In this document: piece by piece, positions 59,934 through 64,000 of the stretch | Layout of the letters: each line of letters opens with the position of its first letter | How positions within the stretch are numbered: position 1 is the first letter of the stretch | Source of the DNA: an uncultured bacterium | GTDB lineage: Bacteria; Krumholzibacteriota; Krumholzibacteriia; JACNKJ01 | Direction: 5' to 3' | DNA: 64,000 bases | Assembly (NCBI GenBank): GCA_963695095.1 | Contig: CAVOFT010000001.1 | Span: 1,888,001 to 1,952,000 of the forward strand | Position numbers and translations under genes: made by a program | The notes under the pieces: generated by a model | The model's database searches: none | Told to the model about the DNA's origin: nothing | The model's input: the letters and a program-made list of their open reading frames with translations, nothing else

Positions 59934-61269
59934 GTGCCGGCACTCTCTACCATCGCCATCGTCGGGCGCCCCAACGTGGGCAAATCGACGCTGTTCAACC
60001 GCCTGGCGGGCCGCCGCATCGCGGTGGTGCACCCGCGCGCGGGCGTCACGCGTGACCGCCTGGTGACCCAGGTCGAGCGGGACGGCCGTCGGCTCTGGCT
60101 CGTGGACACGGGCGGCATCAGCCTCGACAAGGATGAGCTGTCCCAGCTCACCACCGAGAGCGCCAAGGCGGCCCTCGACGAGGCGGATCTGCTCTTCTTC
60201 CTCACCGACGCCCGCACGGGCGTGACTGACGAGGATCTGGCCGTGAGCAAGCTGCTCAGGCGGCGCGCGGAGAAGGTCTGGCTCCTGGTGAACAAGGTCG
60301 AGCGGGCCGAGGACGAGTACGCCGTCCACGACTTCCACCGCCTGGGCCTGGGCGAGCCCCTGGGGCTCAGCGCTCTGCACGGCGGCGCCGGGATCACGGA
60401 GCTGTGGGAGCGCCTGCTGCCCCTGGTGCCGCCCCTGCCGACGGGGGCGGCCATGGATCGGCAGCTGCGCCTGGCCGTGGTGGGGCGCCCCAACGTGGGC
60501 AAGAGCAGCCTCGTCAACGCCTTGCTGGGCGAGGAGCGGATGATCGTCAGCGAGGTGCCCGGGCACCACCCGCGACGCCGTGGACAGCCCCCTGAAGTGG
60601 CATGGGCGGGAAGCCGTGCTCATCGACACGGCGGGCCTGCGCCGCAAGGCCCGCACGAAGACGCGCCTGGACGTCTACAGCAGCCTGCGCAGCCTCTCGG
60701 CCATCGACAATGCGAACGTCGTGCTGATGGTGCTGGACGCGAGCCGGCCCTTCGCCGAGCAGGATCTGCGCATCGCGCGCCATGCCCACGAGGAGGGCAA
60801 GGGCGTGCTGATCGCCGTCAACAAGTGGGACCTGCTGGAAAAGGACGACAGCACGCTCGGCGAGGTGCTGGGGCGCGTGCGCGAGGCGATGCCCTTCCTC
60901 AGCTACGCGCCGGTGCTCTTCATCTCGGCGGAGACGCGCCAGCGCATCCACAGCGTGCTGGAGACGGCCTTCCGCGTCTTCGACAAGCGCGGGCAGCGCC
61001 TGGCCACCGGGCCCCTCAATGCCTGGCTCAAGTCGGCCGTGGAACGGCGACCGCCCCGCTACAACGAGGGCGGCACCGGCCGCTTCTACTACATGACCCA
61101 GACGGGAACCGCCCCGCCCAGCTTCACGCTCTTCGTGAACAAGCCCGAGTGGGTGCATTCCACCTACAGGCGTTACCTGATCAACCAGCTGCGCGTGCAC
61201 TTCGACTTCGAGGGCAGCCCGGTGCGCCTCAACCTCAAGGCGCGCAGCCGCCGGGAACAGCCCACATGA
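59934..61269 (+). CDS. der: Ribosome biogenesis GTPase Der (EngA), apparent +1 indel near 60560
   Basis: Two GRPNVGKS P-loops, GVTRD, DTGG, shifted GTTRD/DTAG, NKWD, C-terminal KH-like Y.RYL.NQLR..F.F.G.P. Confidence 0.95.
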
Positions 61270-61874
61270 GCGCGCTGCTGCTCGTCGGCGCCTACTTGCT
61301 CGGCGGCATTCCCTTCGGCTACCTGGCCGGCCGCCTGGTGGCGGGCGTCGACCTCAGGCAGGTGGGCAGCGGCAATCTCGGCGCGACGAATGCCATCCGC
61401 CAGCTCGGCTGGGGCTGGGGCGCCACGGTGTTCGGCCTCGATCTCCTCAAGGGCTGGGTGGCCGTGGCCCTCGCCCAGCGCTACGGCGCGAGCGCCGGCG
61501 CCTGGCTGCCCGTGGCAGCCGGCCTGGCGGCCATCCTCGGCCACAGCTTCACGCCCTACCTGGGCGGCAGGGGCGGCAAGGGCGTGGCGACCAGCGCCGG
61601 CGTCTTCCTGCGCCTGGCGCCCGTCCCCACCGGGCTCGCGCTGCTCTGCTTCCTGGCCGTGATGCTCCTCTTCCGCATCGTCTCCCTGTCCAGCCTCGCG
61701 GCGACGACGGCCCTGCCGCTCCTGCTCGTCTGGCGCCAGCCGGACCAGCCCCTGCTCCTGGGCTTCGCCCTGCTGATTGCCCTGTTCATCTGGATTCGCC
61801 ACCGCGGCAATCTCCGCCGGCTCCTGCGCGGCGAGGAGCCCCGCCTGGGCGGCCCAACCCGGGGAGGCACCTGA
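61266..61874 (+). CDS. plsY: Glycerol-3-phosphate acyltransferase PlsY
   Basis: YLLGGIP, GSGNLGATN, D.LKG, GH, GGKGVAT, RH..NL.RL..G.E. Confidence 0.95.
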   Translation: MSALLLVGAYLLGGIPFGYLAGRLVAGVDLRQVGSGNLGATNAIRQLGWGWGATVFGLDLLKGWVAVALAQRYGASAGAWLPVAAGLAAILGHSFTPYLGGRGGKGVATSAGVFLRLAPVPTGLALLCFLAVMLLFRIVSLSSLAATTALPLLLVWRQPDQPLLLGFALLIALFIWIRHRGNLRRLLRGEEPRLGGPTRGGT

Positions 61875-62917
61875 TGGCGCGCGTCGCCGTGCTCGGCTGC
61901 GGCAGCTGGGGCAGTGCCCTGGCCAAGGCCCTCCATGAGGGGGGCAACGCCGTGCGGCTCTGGGGGCACCTGGACGCGGAGATCGATGCGATCCGAAGCG
62001 AGGGCACGAACGCGAAGTACCTGCCGGGCGTGGCGCTGCCCGCTGCGGTCTGCGCGGGGGCGACCACGGATCTTGCCGCGGCGCTGAGCGATTGCGAAGC
62101 GCTGGCGCTCGTGGTGCCGAGCGTGGTCCTGCGCGAGGTGGCCGCGCGGACGGCGGCCTCGCCCGCCCTGCCGGCCGCGGCGACCTGGATCCTGGCCGCC
62201 AAGGGCCTGGATCCTGCGAGCGGCCGCAACCTCTGCTGGGCCATCGAGGACGAGGTGGGGCCGCTCGGCGAGCGCCTGCTCGTTCTCGTCGGGCCCAGCC
62301 ATGCGGAGGAGGTGGGCCGCGGCCTGCCCACGGCGCTCGTGCTGGCAGGGCCGGAGAGCCCGCGCCGCGCCGCGCTGCAGCGGGACTTCTCCACCGAGAA
62401 TCTGCGCGTGTACGTCAACGAGGATCGGACCGGCGTGGAGCTGGGCGTGGCGCTCAAGAACGTCGTCGCGCTGGCGGCGGGCATCATCGACGGCGTCGGC
62501 CTGGGCGACAACACGAAGGGCGCCCTCGTCAGCCGCGGCCTGGCCGAGATCGGCCGCTACATCGAATCCCACGGCGGCGACCGGCGCACCCTGCTCGGGC
62601 TGGCTGGCGTGGGGGATCTGGTCACCACCTGCTTCAGCCGGCACAGCCGCAATCGCCACGTGGGCGAGCAGCTCGGGCGGGGCCGCAAGCTGCCGGAGAT
62701 TCTCGCTGAAATGGTGCAGGTGGCCGAGGGCGTGCACACCACGCGCACGCTGCACGAGAAGGCCAGCCGCGAAGGCGTGGAGATGCCCATCACGGAGCAG
62801 GTGTACGCCGTGCTCTTCGCCGGGAAGGATCCGCAGCTCGCCATCCGCGAGCTGATGACCCGCGATCCCGCCCCGGAGATCAGGAAAGGAGGTCGGCATG
62901 CCGGCAGCGAAGCCTGA
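61874..62917 (+). CDS. gpsA: NAD(P)H-dependent glycerol-3-phosphate dehydrogenase
   Basis: GCGSWGSALA, N.KYLPG, KG, GPSHAEEV, ALKNV, GDN, GLAGVGDL.TTC.S.HSRN. Confidence 0.96.
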   Translation: MARVAVLGCGSWGSALAKALHEGGNAVRLWGHLDAEIDAIRSEGTNAKYLPGVALPAAVCAGATTDLAAALSDCEALALVVPSVVLREVAARTAASPALPAAATWILAAKGLDPASGRNLCWAIEDEVGPLGERLLVLVGPSHAEEVGRGLPTALVLAGPESPRRAALQRDFSTENLRVYVNEDRTGVELGVALKNVVALAAGIIDGVGLGDNTKGALVSRGLAEIGRYIESHGGDRRTLLGLAGVGDLVTTCFSRHSRNRHVGEQLGRGRKLPEILAEMVQVAEGVHTTRTLHEKASREGVEMPITEQVYAVLFAGKDPQLAIRELMTRDPAPEIRKGGRHAGSEA

Positions 62918-63305
62918 GCGGGCGCGCGCCACCCAGACCCGCCCGAAGAAGGTCGTCGGGCGGCTCTACTGGAGCATCAGCGAGGTGGCGGAGCTGACAG
63001 GGGTCAAGCCGCATGTCCTGCGCTACTGGGAGACGGAGTTTCCCAGCTTCAAGCCGAGCAAGAACAACTCGGGCAATCGCGTCTACCGCGAGCGGGACGT
63101 GGAGCTGGCCGTCGCCATCCGCCACCTGCTGCACCGGGAGCGCTACACGATCGCCGGCGCCCGCCAGCGCCTGGCCGAGACGCGCAAGGTGCGCGATCTG
63201 CTGGATCAGCTCGAGATCCCCTTTGCCCGGGCCGACCAGCGGCAGCTGCTGAAGGAGATCCGCCAGGACCTCGTCGCCCTGCGCCGGGCCCTCGACGGAA
63301 AATAG
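62898..63305 (+). CDS. MerR-family HTH transcriptional regulator
   Basis: SISEVAEL.GVKPHVLRYWETEF..KP.KN..GNR.Y, YTIAGA; precedes tRNA-Pro. Confidence 0.9.
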   Translation: MPAAKPERARATQTRPKKVVGRLYWSISEVAELTGVKPHVLRYWETEFPSFKPSKNNSGNRVYRERDVELAVAIRHLLHRERYTIAGARQRLAETRKVRDLLDQLEIPFARADQRQLLKEIRQDLVALRRALDGK

Positions 63306-63357
63306 GGGCCGCGCCCCCTTGTCAGGGTGGGGGCATCTTGGTATATATCGCCCTGAT

Positions 63358-63431
63358 CGGGGCGTAGCGCAGTCCGGTAGCGCACTTGCATGGGGGGCAA
63401 GTGGTCGTGTGTTCGAATCACATCGCCCCGA
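63358..63431 (+). tRNA. tRNA-Pro(GGG), CCA not encoded
   Basis: Acceptor CGGGGCG/CGCCCCG, D arm AGCGCAGTCCGGTAGCGC, anticodon arm CTTGC-ATGGGGG-GCAAG, T loop GTTCGAATC. Confidence 0.95.
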
Positions 63432-63436
63432 CCCCA

Positions 63437-63465
63437 GAAGTCCTCCCGCTGTGCGGGGGGACTTC
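63437..63465 (+). terminator. Stable hairpin / possible terminator after tRNA-Pro
   Basis: 13-bp stem GAAGTCCTCCCGC / GCGGGGGGACTTC (one G-U); weak U tract. Confidence 0.55.
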
Positions 63466-63592
63466 GTCATTTGCACCCGGCGCCTCCCCTTTCTCATCCC
63501 GGCTCGCTTGAGACATCGCTTCAATCCGCAGCGCGAAGGGACTAGACTCTAGGGGCTAGGCTACGCCCGGCCATCCGCCCCCGGAGGTTCCC

Positions 63593-64000
63593 ATGCGCAT
63601 GCGCCTCATCGCCCTGCTACTGATCGCCCTACCCACCTTCGCCCAGGCGGCCATCAATGCCGATCTGCAGGCGGCCACCGAGCGCCTGCTGCCTGCCGAT
63701 ATCCCTGCGGGCCTGCTCCTGGATCGCGTGCTGGACATGGCGGCTGCGCCCGCCCTGGACGGCAGCGCCGAGGCGCCCGCCATCGGCCCCGCGCGCCTGC
63801 GGCAGCTCGTGCACGAGCTGCGGGGCGCGGCGAGCGTGCCACTCGCCTGGCCGGACGGCGAGGCCCTGCGTGCGAGCGCCCGTCCGGGAGCCGACCCCGC
63901 GCTGATCGCGCTCGCGCTCGTCGATGTCGAGATCGCCCGCCTGCGCCCGGATGCCCTCGAGGCGGGGCTCCTGCGCTGGGAGGGCCGGCAGCTCGTGGAG
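63593..64000 (+). CDS. Secreted hypothetical protein, partial (runs off window)
   Basis: GGAGG SD; MRMRLIALLLIALPTFAQA signal peptide; frame open to 64000. Confidence 0.75.
   Translation, partial: MRMRLIALLLIALPTFAQAAINADLQAATERLLPADIPAGLLLDRVLDMAAAPALDGSAEAPAIGPARLRQLVHELRGAASVPLAWPDGEALRASARPGADPALIALALVDVEIARLRPDALEAGLLRWEGRQLVE

Noticed and set aside
45740..60570. Programmed ribosomal frameshifting in rpsA, miaA or der
   Set aside because: No slippery heptamer or stimulatory element seen; multiple unrelated indels are better explained by sequencing error
59934..61874. 646-aa ORF that looks like a Der-PlsY fusion
   Set aside because: Artefact of the indel near 60560; der finishes in another frame at 61269 and plsY has its own ATG at 61266
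58317..64000. tRNA genes as island integration sites
   Set aside because: No integrase, no duplicated tRNA 3' end and no evident composition shift within the window

Overview
Very GC-rich bacterial chromosomal window, almost entirely + strand and tightly packed with many ATGA/GTGA overlaps. It opens with the tail of a flagellar cluster (flhA end, degenerate flhF, small membrane protein, fliA, two small unknowns, HDOD protein, sigma54 activator). Next come a PorV-family gene, two ADP-glucose pyrophosphorylase paralogues, mltD, a diguanylate cyclase and comEC. The rest is mostly housekeeping: purN-purC-purH-guaA, secA, smg-topA-trmFO-xerC-argF, a lipoprotein plus peptidase/PD40/Omp85 pair, rpsT, uvrC-xerD-scpAB-rluB-hisC-aroA-cmk/plsC-rpsA, mtaB-miaB-lapAB, mutS-(degenerate GGDEF)-mutL-miaA, tRNA-Gly, DUF512, der-plsY-gpsA-merR and tRNA-Pro. 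The PorV-family gene, the Ig-like lipoprotein and the SecA insertion suggest a diderm of the FCB group (inference). I saw no CRISPR array, IS or prophage. Frameshifts in rpsA, der, miaA and the PorV gene look like sequencing indels. The best candidate for new biology is a catalytically dead GGDEF protein with an intact RxxD site, translationally coupled between mutS and mutL. Other candidates are a pseudo-GTPase FlhF with no adjacent FlhG, a sigma54 promoter directly before fliA, a switch-like leader on the purine operon, and an apparent ATT start for rluB. All calls come from reading motifs by eye; no searches were run.
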